From Dorea sp. CAG:317 (GTDB lineage Bacteria > Bacillota > Clostridia > Lachnospirales > Lachnospiraceae): a stretch of DNA of 64,000 nucleotides. The notes below the pieces were generated by a model that was given only the letters and a program-made list of their open reading frames with translations, searched no databases and had not been told where the DNA came from. Positions 40,600 through 49,402 of this stretch are shown piece after piece (the stretch's first letter is position 1; each line of letters starts with the position of its first letter). The stretch is taken from assembly GCA_000433535.1 (NCBI GenBank), contig FR892671.1:159569-223568 (forward strand). The letters are read 5' to 3'. Made by a program: the position numbers and the translations under genes.

Positions 40600-41115
40600 C
40601 TATTCCCCCTTTCTCTTTTTAATCTCTTCTGGAGCTTTGGATACTTGCATTTCTCTTTGTATCATTCGTACAATAGAAAATACAGCCGACAACGGAATTG
40701 CCAATCCAATTAACCAACTTGGCATTTCCAGCACTCCTGTCAACAAACCATATTTATATTGTCTATATACCATAATCGTTCCCCAGATAATCCAGATAAT
40801 ATAATTTATACAACAAACTATAATTCTAAATATGGAATGAACCGTACGCGCTTTTCCCTTAAACTTATCTGTTAAATATGCAAATCCCATATGTGAATCT
40901 GTTTTAAATGCACTTGCAGCAGCAAGGCAACACACCCACACAAACATCGTAGTTACTAATTCTTGGCTAAATGACATATTGAACCATGTGATTTTTCTGG
41001 AAAAAACATTCATAAATGTAACAAGTGCCATAATAACCAATGCAATTGCACAAATATATTCTTCAAAATTATCCCACAATTCTCTTAGGATACTTTTTGA
41101 TTTACTCATCTCCAT
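40600..41115 (-). CDS. dctQ: TRAP transporter small permease
   Basis: It is 171 aa with 4 TM segments and lies between dctP and dctM. Confidence 0.8.
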   Translation of the reverse strand: MEMSKSKSILRELWDNFEEYICAIALVIMALVTFMNVFSRKITWFNMSFSQELVTTMFVWVCCLAAASAFKTDSHMGFAYLTDKFKGKARTVHSIFRIIVCCINYIIWIIWGTIMVYRQYKYGLLTGVLEMPSWLIGLAIPLSAVFSIVRMIQREMQVSKAPEEIKKRKGE

Positions 41116-41126
41116 TTCCTCCTTTG

Positions 41127-42134
41127 TTATTTCCCTTGAAACAAATCAATAACATCCTGCCCTACTATATCTGCATATTCATCATACATTCCAGCACAGG
41201 CTTCTTTGAACTCTACTCTTTCTTCATCCGTCAATTCTGTAAACTGAACACCTTCCGTCTCAAGTTTTTCTATAATACTCGCTTCATTCTCAGCAAGATA
41301 AGCATTTCCCCATTCAAGTGCTTTATCCGCACATCTCTGAATGAGTTCTGCATCCTCGTCTGATAACTTTGCAAGTGTTTTATTACTAATAACCCAGATA
41401 TTTGTATCTCTTACACCATCCCATAGCAATACATTCTTCTGTACCTCAGAAAATTTTGAAGAATCAAATACAGCGATAGGATTTTCCTGTCCATCAATCG
41501 CTCCCTGCTGAAGGGATGTATAAACTTCCGAAAAATCCATTGCCGTAGGATTTGCATGAAAATAATTCTTGTATAAATCAATAAAAATATTAGCTCCTGG
41601 TACTCGTATATTCATTCCTTTTAAATCTTCCGGTGAATGAATCTCCTTATTACTTGAAATCTGTCTAGATCCCGCATTGTTAATTCCCAGCATGCTCATT
41701 TCCAGATCATTACACCAGCTATTTACCTCTTTTTTTACTTCCTTATCATTAACAAACTCAATCAAATCATCTGTTGTGTCAAAAAGAAACGGTAACCAAA
41801 ATGCATAAAATCTAGAATCATAATTGGCAATATTAGCTGGAGCACAAGCATGAATATCAATGTTTCCAGCTTGGACCAATTCAATTGCCTTGGTTAAATC
41901 ACTTCCAGATAGTCCGCAGTTCTGATAAATCTCAACTTGAATCCGCCCATTACTTTCCTCATCTACATACTTTGTAAATTCTTTTGCTGTTAAATCACTT
42001 ATAGACTCTGGTTGCTGAGTATGCGACATTCTAATAATAATTTTATCATCTGATGTACTTCCGCATCCCGCTAGTATGCCTACCACCATCACGCAAACTA
42101 AAAGCGATGCCAAAATACGTTTTATTCTTATCAT
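41127..42134 (-). CDS. dctP: TRAP transporter substrate-binding lipoprotein (DctP family)
   Basis: A lipoprotein signal (LAGC) is present, and the sequence is typical of DctP-type solute-binding proteins. Confidence 0.85.
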   Translation of the reverse strand: MIRIKRILASLLVCVMVVGILAGCGSTSDDKIIIRMSHTQQPESISDLTAKEFTKYVDEESNGRIQVEIYQNCGLSGSDLTKAIELVQAGNIDIHACAPANIANYDSRFYAFWLPFLFDTTDDLIEFVNDKEVKKEVNSWCNDLEMSMLGINNAGSRQISSNKEIHSPEDLKGMNIRVPGANIFIDLYKNYFHANPTAMDFSEVYTSLQQGAIDGQENPIAVFDSSKFSEVQKNVLLWDGVRDTNIWVISNKTLAKLSDEDAELIQRCADKALEWGNAYLAENEASIIEKLETEGVQFTELTDEERVEFKEACAGMYDEYADIVGQDVIDLFQGK

Positions 42135-42159
42135 TTGAAATCCCTCCTATTCGCACCTA

Positions 42160-42831
42160 TCACATGAGACCTTTTGCAACAAGTGCATCCTTTAATGCCA
42201 ATGCTCCAAATCTTGGACTGGAAACAACTAATTTTTCATATTTACCATGAATAATTTCTTCACAATATGCCATAGATCCTTGAGCAAATAAAATAACATC
42301 TGCTTTTTCGGCAACTTTTCCTGCATATTCTGTCATTAAATTTTTAAACTGCTCCTGATCCAGACCAAAAGCTCCATCAACCAAACAATCAATTAATTCT
42401 ACATGCTTATTCATCTCACGGGCAACCCTCAGAATTGTATTTTTTGTTGGTTCCAGAGTAGTCGGAAGTGTTGCCATAACTGCAATCTTATTTCCTTTAC
42501 GAACTGCTTCTCTACACATTTCTTCATCTACTCTTACAATTGGGACTCCAATATACTTTGCAATTCCTTGCGCTGCATCTGCGACCTCACCGACAGAAGA
42601 ACATAAATTTAAAATTGCATCTGCACCATCATTAACTGCTTTCATATACATTCCTACCAGTCTTGCAGCCGGATAAGCTGTAACATACCCCGCATCTCTA
42701 ACTTCAGCCAAAATAGATGGGTCTTGATAACTCATAATTTCCGTGTTCTGCGGTAATAATTTACCTACTTCCCGTTCCACCAGTTCAATCAATTCCGGTG
42801 TTGTACTCGTATAAACTAATGCTACTTTCAT
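42160..42831 (-). CDS. Asp/Glu/hydantoin-racemase superfamily protein (arylmalonate-decarboxylase or maleate-isomerase-like)
   Basis: It is about 223 aa. A GGAGG RBS lies before the ATG (MKVALVYTS). The fold has two Cys-containing loops. Confidence 0.75.
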   Translation of the reverse strand: MKVALVYTSTTPELIELVEREVGKLLPQNTEIMSYQDPSILAEVRDAGYVTAYPAARLVGMYMKAVNDGADAILNLCSSVGEVADAAQGIAKYIGVPIVRVDEEMCREAVRKGNKIAVMATLPTTLEPTKNTILRVAREMNKHVELIDCLVDGAFGLDQEQFKNLMTEYAGKVAEKADVILFAQGSMAYCEEIIHGKYEKLVVSSPRFGALALKDALVAKGLM

Positions 42832-42891
42832 ATGTATACCTCCACTCTCTTTCATCCTTCGTATAACGTAGGATGTTTAAACTGATTATAG

Positions 42892-42973
42892 TATTTCACA
42901 ATAAAGAAAATTTGTAAATAGTCACTATTTCACAATAATTTACGCAAGTTTTTGTGCAAATTATTGTGAAATA
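42892..42973. promoter_or_regulatory. Candidate operator. A perfect 15-bp inverted repeat (TATTTCACAATAATT-N18-AATTATTGTGAAATA) has a third direct half-site copy upstream. All lie upstream of the racemase-TRAP-GntR operon.
   Basis: The repeats are read directly at 42892-42904, 42926-42940 and 42959-42973. They are 60-140 nt upstream of the operon start. Confidence 0.45.
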
Positions 42974-43019
42974 AAACCGATATTAATATTTCTCACTAGC
43001 TGAAATAATAAACTTCTTC

Positions 43020-43769
43020 TTAAATCTGATATATTTTCATTAATTCTTCCGTATATTCTCCATCTTTCTGATACACGATAAGTGGCGGCTCCACCTGCAT
43101 TCGTGGTCTTCCACCCCGAAGTCCTTCCAGAAGCACCATGTTTGGCTCTTTATCAATATAGGGATATACCAGCCGCATCCGCTTGGGCTCAATCCCATAT
43201 GCTGACATCTTGGCAAGTATCTCCGGTAGCCGAAATGGCCGGTGCACCATGTAAAACCGCCCTTTCGGCTTTAACAATCTTGCGCTTTCTCTCAAAATAT
43301 CATCCAGCGTGCATAATGCCTCATGTCTCGCAATATACAGCGCTTCTTTTTCATTTTTCAGACCGTGCTCCCCAATCATATAAGGAGGGTTAGTCGTAAT
43401 GACATGAAAGGAAGCTGCCCCAAAGATTCCGGACGCTTCCTTAATATCTCCCGTTACAATATCAATCTTATCTTCCAACCCATTATGACTCACACTCCGG
43501 CGCGCCATGTCGGCACTTTCTTCTTGAATCTCTAGTCCCGTATAATGTTCTCCCTCATTCTTGGCTTCCAGAAGAATCGGCAGAATTCCTGTGCCAGTTC
43601 CCAGGTCAAGTGCAAGTTCTCTATTCCTAATCTTTGCATAAGACGACAGAAGCACCGCGTCCATCCCGAAGCAAAAACGCCCCGGGCTTTGGATAATTTC
43701 GTATCCCTTGATCTGAAGATCATCCAGACGTTCTCCCGCTTTCAAACCGGAATCTTCTCTATTCATCAT
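43020..43769 (-). CDS. Class I SAM-dependent methyltransferase (tRNA1Val m6A37 methyltransferase YfiC/YabB-like)
   Basis: The SAM motif LDLGTGTGILPILL and the N6-MTase motif NPPY are present. Confidence 0.8.
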   Translation of the reverse strand: MMNREDSGLKAGERLDDLQIKGYEIIQSPGRFCFGMDAVLLSSYAKIRNRELALDLGTGTGILPILLEAKNEGEHYTGLEIQEESADMARRSVSHNGLEDKIDIVTGDIKEASGIFGAASFHVITTNPPYMIGEHGLKNEKEALYIARHEALCTLDDILRESARLLKPKGRFYMVHRPFRLPEILAKMSAYGIEPKRMRLVYPYIDKEPNMVLLEGLRGGRPRMQVEPPLIVYQKDGEYTEELMKIYQI

Positions 43770-44670
43770 CTAATTTTGACGCTCCGTTTCTCTCTTCCAA
43801 TGCCCGCAGTTCTGCCATCTCTTCCTTGGAAATGCGAACATCCTTTTTCTTGCGTCTCGGTTTAAACTTTAATTCAGACGCCTTGTATTCGCGAATTTCT
43901 TTCTCGTCATTATCTAAAGTCACAATAACTTTTACAAGCTGTCTCAATACATTGACAGATTGTACATCTCCCTTTAATCCTTCCGGTGTTGTGACAAAAT
44001 CTCCGGTGTTCGGAAGATGACTGTTTAATTCCTCATAAGTCTCCTCCTCATTTGTGAGACAGCACATCAGTCTTCCGCATACGCCTGAGATCTTGGTCGG
44101 ATTCAACGAAAGGTTCTGTTCCTTCGCCATCTTGATTGATACCGGCGCAAACTCTGATAAATAGGTGTGACAGCACAACGGTCTTCCGCAGATTCCGATA
44201 CCGCCTCGGATCTTTGTCTCATCTCTGACTCCGATCTGGCGCAATTCGATACGAGTGCGGAATACACTTGCCAGATCTTTGACCAGTTCACGGAAATCAA
44301 TTCTTCCATCCGCAGTAAAATAAAACAACACCTTATTATTATCAAATGTATACTCCGCATCAATAAGCTTCATTTCCAAACCATGTTTGCGAATCTTTTC
44401 CAGACAGATCTCAAACGCTTCTTTTTCTTTCACGCGGTTCTTTTCTTCTTTTTTCTTGTCTTCCTCTGTCGCAATTCGAATCACCGGCTTCAGCGGAAGC
44501 GTGATCTTATCATCCTCTACTTCTTTTTCTCCCACAACAACAGAGCCATATTCTACGCCGCGGGCTGTTTCCACGATAACTTTATCTCCTGTTTTTATAT
44601 TCAATTTCCCCGGAGCAAAGAAATAAATCTTCCCCGCCGGTCTGAATCGTACACCTATTACTTTTGTCAT
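43759..44670 (-). CDS. ricT: PSP1-domain protein RicT/YaaT
   Basis: The PSP1 C-terminal domain carries a Cys cluster (GICGRPLCCHTYL...GVCGRLMCC). It lies next to holB. Confidence 0.85.
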   Translation of the reverse strand: MTKVIGVRFRPAGKIYFFAPGKLNIKTGDKVIVETARGVEYGSVVVGEKEVEDDKITLPLKPVIRIATEEDKKKEEKNRVKEKEAFEICLEKIRKHGLEMKLIDAEYTFDNNKVLFYFTADGRIDFRELVKDLASVFRTRIELRQIGVRDETKIRGGIGICGRPLCCHTYLSEFAPVSIKMAKEQNLSLNPTKISGVCGRLMCCLTNEEETYEELNSHLPNTGDFVTTPEGLKGDVQSVNVLRQLVKVIVTLDNDEKEIREYKASELKFKPRRKKKDVRISKEEMAELRALEERNGASKLDDE

Positions 44671-44673
44671 GAA

Positions 44674-45663
44674 TTAATTCTCCTTTATTGTCAGGAACAA
44701 AAGCTCCATTACAAGTTCAAAATTAACATTTGCTTTCAATCTTGCTTTTGCCTTTTCTAAGCTCTCAAGAATCAGTTCAATCCCTTCATAAGAACTTCTT
44801 CTCGCCTGTTCCTTAATATACTGGATCTGATCTTTAAATACAACTTTATCCAGTTCCTTTGTCGCTTTATACATCAATACATCTCTATACCAGATCATAA
44901 TGAGATCCAAGTAATCACTGATCTCCAATTTATACACCGTAATATGATTTACCGCATTTACAATCTCAGAAAGCTCCATCTCATGAATATATTTCAACAG
45001 TTGAACGGCTTCCTCCCGAACCTCGTTGAAATGTTCAGAATTGGCAAGCATGATCGCGCGCCCCATATTTCCCTGTGCAAACGCAGTACATACATCCGCT
45101 TTATAATCCGGGATCTGCATCTTCTCCATCAAATACTTCTTGATCAATGTGTCTTTGATATTCCGCAATTTCAGCATGACACATCTGGAGTTGATCGTCG
45201 GAAGTAAAAGCTCCGCATTCTCTGTAAGCAGAAAGATCACCGCATATTTAGGCGGCTCTTCAATTGTTTTCAGAAGTGCGTTCTGCGCCTGCGCTGTCAT
45301 TCTGTCTGCCTCCGGGATAATGTAGATTTTATACGGTCCCTGATACGGTTTGATATCAATGGTGTTATTCACCTGTTCACGAATATCATCTACGCTGATC
45401 GTATTTGGCTTCTCATGTGTGACTCTGATAATATCCGGATGATTTCCGCTCTCTGCCTGTATACAGGAATGACATTCGTTACACGGGTCCGATCTGTGCT
45501 TCTCGCACAACAGTGTCATGGCAAATAAGCTTGCCAGCATCTTTTTCCCCGATCCCCGCTCGCCATTCAATATATACGCATGTGATACGCGGTCTTCCAT
45601 CACAGCATTCCCGATATATTTGATAATGTCCTTGTGTCCAACTACGTCTTTAAAACTTCCCAT
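44674..45663 (-). CDS. holB: DNA polymerase III delta' subunit
   Basis: It is AAA+-like and carries the zinc motif CEKHRSDPCNECHSC. Confidence 0.9.
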   Translation of the reverse strand: MGSFKDVVGHKDIIKYIGNAVMEDRVSHAYILNGERGSGKKMLASLFAMTLLCEKHRSDPCNECHSCIQAESGNHPDIIRVTHEKPNTISVDDIREQVNNTIDIKPYQGPYKIYIIPEADRMTAQAQNALLKTIEEPPKYAVIFLLTENAELLLPTINSRCVMLKLRNIKDTLIKKYLMEKMQIPDYKADVCTAFAQGNMGRAIMLANSEHFNEVREEAVQLLKYIHEMELSEIVNAVNHITVYKLEISDYLDLIMIWYRDVLMYKATKELDKVVFKDQIQYIKEQARRSSYEGIELILESLEKAKARLKANVNFELVMELLFLTIKEN

Positions 45664-46237
45664 TCTGTATTTCCCCTATAATCTCTTCTAAACATTGTGT
45701 TTTATTCTGGTTTCTGTATCTTCTGTTTATTCCGGCTTCTCTCAAATTCTCTTCTGAAAAATCATTTTGATCTGCCAGAAATCTTCTGCACAATTCATCA
45801 TACTTTGGCTGTTCCTGCTGCCTCTCTCTTTGAAGTGCACGTGACAATCGTTCACCATCTTCTACTTCAATGTAGATCGGCACAAGATACTCTTCCCCGT
45901 AATATGACTTCATCTTACTGTAGGATTCAAGAGTTCCGATGATCAGATAATCCGAATCGTCAAGATTCATCTGCCCATCATCTATTGTAGCATATTTCCA
46001 CTGTCCATACACAGTGTCATATGTTCTTTTCTCAATTATTTTTCCGTCTTCCTCATAATGCTTCAAAGTTTCTTCTGAAACAAAATGATACTCCACGCCG
46101 TCTCTTTCACCATCTCGGATCGGTCTTGTCGTATAGAGTGTCACCGTCTTAATCTCCGGCATCCGACTCAATATCTCTTTATACAACGTATCTTTCCCCG
46201 AAGAGCTCTTCCCCATCAAATAATATATTTTACCCAT
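45650..46237 (-). CDS. Guanylate-kinase-like P-loop kinase
   Basis: The motifs GKSSSGKDT and TTRPIRDGERDGVEYHFV form a GK signature. A GAGGTG RBS lies 7 nt upstream of the ATG. The gene occupies the usual tmk slot. Confidence 0.75.
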   Translation of the reverse strand: MGKIYYLMGKSSSGKDTLYKEILSRMPEIKTVTLYTTRPIRDGERDGVEYHFVSEETLKHYEEDGKIIEKRTYDTVYGQWKYATIDDGQMNLDDSDYLIIGTLESYSKMKSYYGEEYLVPIYIEVEDGERLSRALQRERQQEQPKYDELCRRFLADQNDFSEENLREAGINRRYRNQNKTQCLEEIIGEIQNGKF

Positions 46238-47642
46238 TGTTCCACACCTCAATGCATCCCTCTGTATGAAGACCTTCGATGGAAAATCCAAGTCTTTCAT
46301 ACTGACGAAGCGCATCTGTGATTTCTTTTGTAATCCGCTCTCCCGGCACAATCATAGGCGTCCCCGGCGGATACAGATACGCATACTCCATAGAAATAAA
46401 ACCGATACTCTCTTTCCACGGAAGTACGGATACCGCTTCTCCTTTTTGCATTTTTTTCATCCTGTTCATCTGAGTCGTCGTATAAACGAGCTCCGACTTC
46501 GGAGGTTTTATATTCATTTCTTCCGAAACTTTTTTCTCAAGACTTTCATCCAACTCAAAAAGAGCCTTCTCAAGCCTTGCAAATCCTTCCTCTGTATCTC
46601 CTACCGACGTCATGGCAAGAACATAATTTCCCGCTGCCATCTCCATTTGTAAATGGTAATCCGAAAGAAGCAGGTTCTGAAGCTCTTTTCCCGAAACTCC
46701 GCTTCCCCCCGCAGATATCACGATCTTGGACCGGTCATAATCTTCGGTTTCCACAAGCTGTAAACTTTGAAGCTTCTTAAGAGATTTTCTTAATTTCTCT
46801 AAGCGAACTACATACGGATCAAACAAATTTGCTCCCTCTTGTTTCAACAGGTTCACGCAGGAATCGATACTCGCCATCAAAAGATAGGACGGACTGCTTG
46901 ACTGCAGCATATGAAGATATTCCCTCACTGCTTCCCTGTTCACAAAGGTTCCGTTCATATGAAGAAGTGCAGTCTGTGTCAAAGACGGCAATGTCTTATG
47001 AAGACTGTGGATGACAATATCCGCTCCCTGTAAATTAGAATTTTTCGGAAAATACGGATGAAAGCCAAAATGGGCTCCGTGTGCCTCATCAACAATCAGC
47101 GGGATTCCCTTTTTATGCACTACTTCTGAAATTGCTTTCACATCTGACACTACACCGTCATAAGTAGGGGATACCATTACCACTGCCCGGATCTTTGGAT
47201 GTTCTCTAAGTGCCAGTTCTACATCTTCAGCAGATACTGCCATATTAAGCCCTACATTCGAATCAAACTCCGGATATAAATATACCGGATGAAGCTCCTT
47301 CATATCGATTGCATGATAGACAGACTTGTGGCAATTTCTTGCCACAAGTATCGTATCTTCTCTCTCTGTCACCCCAAGAACCGCACTCAGAAGTCCCACC
47401 GTACTTCCATTTACTAAAAAATGCGTCTCATCTGCATGATAGACCTGTGCCGCCTGCTCCTGTGCCTCTTTCAAAATTCCTTCTGCGTGATGCAGGTCAT
47501 CAAAACCTTCAATCTCTGTAATATCCCATGCACAGGGGAGTCCTGCATTTACATATTTTTTATTTCTTTTGTGTCCCGGCATATGAAATCCATAATAATC
47601 AGATTCACTGTATGCTTTCAGTCTATCGTATAATGTATCCAT
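46230..47642 (-). CDS. Orn/Lys/Arg decarboxylase-family PLP enzyme (YaaO/SpeA-like)
   Basis: It is 470 aa and has the PLP-lysine motif SLHKTLPSLTQ. Confidence 0.85.
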   Translation of the reverse strand: MDTLYDRLKAYSESDYYGFHMPGHKRNKKYVNAGLPCAWDITEIEGFDDLHHAEGILKEAQEQAAQVYHADETHFLVNGSTVGLLSAVLGVTEREDTILVARNCHKSVYHAIDMKELHPVYLYPEFDSNVGLNMAVSAEDVELALREHPKIRAVVMVSPTYDGVVSDVKAISEVVHKKGIPLIVDEAHGAHFGFHPYFPKNSNLQGADIVIHSLHKTLPSLTQTALLHMNGTFVNREAVREYLHMLQSSSPSYLLMASIDSCVNLLKQEGANLFDPYVVRLEKLRKSLKKLQSLQLVETEDYDRSKIVISAGGSGVSGKELQNLLLSDYHLQMEMAAGNYVLAMTSVGDTEEGFARLEKALFELDESLEKKVSEEMNIKPPKSELVYTTTQMNRMKKMQKGEAVSVLPWKESIGFISMEYAYLYPPGTPMIVPGERITKEITDALRQYERLGFSIEGLHTEGCIEVWNNG

Positions 47643-47718
47643 CGCAATCTCTTCAATTATTCTCTTCTTTGTTTTCTAAAATGCTTACGTTTTATTTTAA
47701 CAAAACAGGCTCTTTTAA

Positions 47719-48576
47719 TCAAGCCATAAACTCCTCCAGTATCTGCCTGATCAACACCTCTTTCGCAGGTGTCTCTTTTTTCTCTTCCACCTGCTTTTCC
47801 TGTTTCTCCTGTTCACTTACCGTCACTTCCTGCCGGCGCAGATCTGATACCGGAAGAACCCTTGGTATCGGTTCCGGCTGCAGTGGCGCTGTTAACTCCG
47901 GCTGTGGCTGTGGATTAGGCTGTGACTTTGGCTGCGGAAGTGCTGTTGATTCCATCTCCGACTGTATATGCATCTGCGGCTCCGGCTGCCTGTTCACCTG
48001 TAACTCCGACTGCGGTTCCTGAGGCGCTTTTCCCTTCGACTCATTCTCTTTCTGGTATGCTTTCTCATAACGGTGCAGACACACATTTTCCAGATAATCA
48101 ACCATATAGTTTCTCACAACACTTACACTGTACTTCTCATCCGTAGTCAAATGAAGCAGATACAGAAGAATTCCGGCTCCAATCCCAAAAGCTCCCGTTG
48201 TAAGCACCTCATCATTCATTCCATTTCCCGTATACTCGAGGAACCCGCCCAGAATCCCTGCTGCCATACAGATGCCGACCGCCGTCACTTCCATTCTCTG
48301 AATACTGTGAAGCTTAAGTCCCGCCACACGATACTCATACAGATACTTGTCCACAAATGCCTCTACATTTTCCACCTTCTCGCTGACCATGCAGGCATGT
48401 TCGAACTTTGCACGCACCAGACGCATAAACGGATGCGTACTTTTCCCCATATTCCCCGCTCCTCTCACCAGTCGTTTCAAAGACACGTTCACAATACACT
48501 TGCTAACCACGCCTGCCGCTGCTCCCAAGCCGATGATCACCCAAATCACATGCTTGTCTAAAATCATTTCTAACAT
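47719..48576 (-). CDS. Hypothetical membrane protein with a Pro/Gln-rich (PQP/PEP) C-terminal tract
   Basis: A strong AAGGAGGG RBS lies 8 nt upstream. There are 3-4 TM segments. The periodic tract PQEPQSELQVNRQPEPQ...PQPKSQPNPQPQPE is present. Confidence 0.6.
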   Translation of the reverse strand: MLEMILDKHVIWVIIGLGAAAGVVSKCIVNVSLKRLVRGAGNMGKSTHPFMRLVRAKFEHACMVSEKVENVEAFVDKYLYEYRVAGLKLHSIQRMEVTAVGICMAAGILGGFLEYTGNGMNDEVLTTGAFGIGAGILLYLLHLTTDEKYSVSVVRNYMVDYLENVCLHRYEKAYQKENESKGKAPQEPQSELQVNRQPEPQMHIQSEMESTALPQPKSQPNPQPQPELTAPLQPEPIPRVLPVSDLRRQEVTVSEQEKQEKQVEEKKETPAKEVLIRQILEEFMA

Positions 48577-48635
48577 AAAAAAGCCCTCCTTTTGTCTAGA
48601 ATTATACTAGATATTCAAAAAGAGCGCCGAAAAAG

Positions 48636-48680
48636 CGTTCCCCAGATTCCGACTCTTAACTGTCACAATCTGGGGAATTT
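48636..48680 (-). terminator. Putative terminator downstream of mtnN
   Basis: A 9-bp inverted repeat (ccccagatt / aatctgggg) has a 17-nt loop. T-runs follow on the minus strand. Confidence 0.4.
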
Positions 48681-48705
48681 CCTCATCTTAACATTTGATA
48701 TTCTA

Positions 48706-49398
48706 TTATATTTCTGCTACAAGTTCTGTCACAAGCCTTACATTCTGCCTGATCGCACGCTTTTCGAACTCAGGATAATCCATAACCGCACTGTTGTCAG
48801 CTTTATCCGAAATCGCACGAATAATGACACACGAAACTTTGTTCAGATATGCCGCTTGAGCAATTGCAGCCCCTTCCATCTCCGCACAAAACGCATGGAA
48901 ATTCGTGACAATCTTCTCTTTCGCCTCTTTGGAAGCGATAAACTGATCACCACTTGCCACGATTCCTGTAAATGTATGAATGTCCGGATTCACTTTTTCA
49001 TTTACTTCTTTTGCCTTTTGTACCAGACACTCATCTGCCGGGAACAGGAAGGTATCCATCTGAGGAACCTGTCCCAGCGGATCTCCAAATACGGTTGCAT
49101 CCATATCGTGCTGCACTGCCGCTGTAGAAATCACAATATCTCCGATATCGATCGCAGCATCCAGAGAACCTGCAACACCGGTGTTGATCAACACCCCTGC
49201 CTGAAACTTATCTACGAGCACCTGCGCACAAACAGCCGCATTCACTTTGCCGATTCCGCTTCTTACAACAACAGCCTCTCTGCCATTTAACTTCCCACGG
49301 CAAAAATTCATGCCCGCATACTCGACAACCTCTTCGATCTCCATTGTATCTTTTAAAATGGCAACTTCTGCTTCCATTGCCCCGATAATCCCTATCAT
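48706..49398 (-). CDS. mtnN: 5'-methylthioadenosine/S-adenosylhomocysteine nucleosidase
   Basis: An AAAGGAG RBS lies 8 nt before the ATG (MIGIIGAMEAE). The PNP/MTAN fold motifs are present. Confidence 0.9.
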   Translation of the reverse strand: MIGIIGAMEAEVAILKDTMEIEEVVEYAGMNFCRGKLNGREAVVVRSGIGKVNAAVCAQVLVDKFQAGVLINTGVAGSLDAAIDIGDIVISTAAVQHDMDATVFGDPLGQVPQMDTFLFPADECLVQKAKEVNEKVNPDIHTFTGIVASGDQFIASKEAKEKIVTNFHAFCAEMEGAAIAQAAYLNKVSCVIIRAISDKADNSAVMDYPEFEKRAIRQNVRLVTELVAEI

Positions 49399-49402
49399 CA
49401 AT

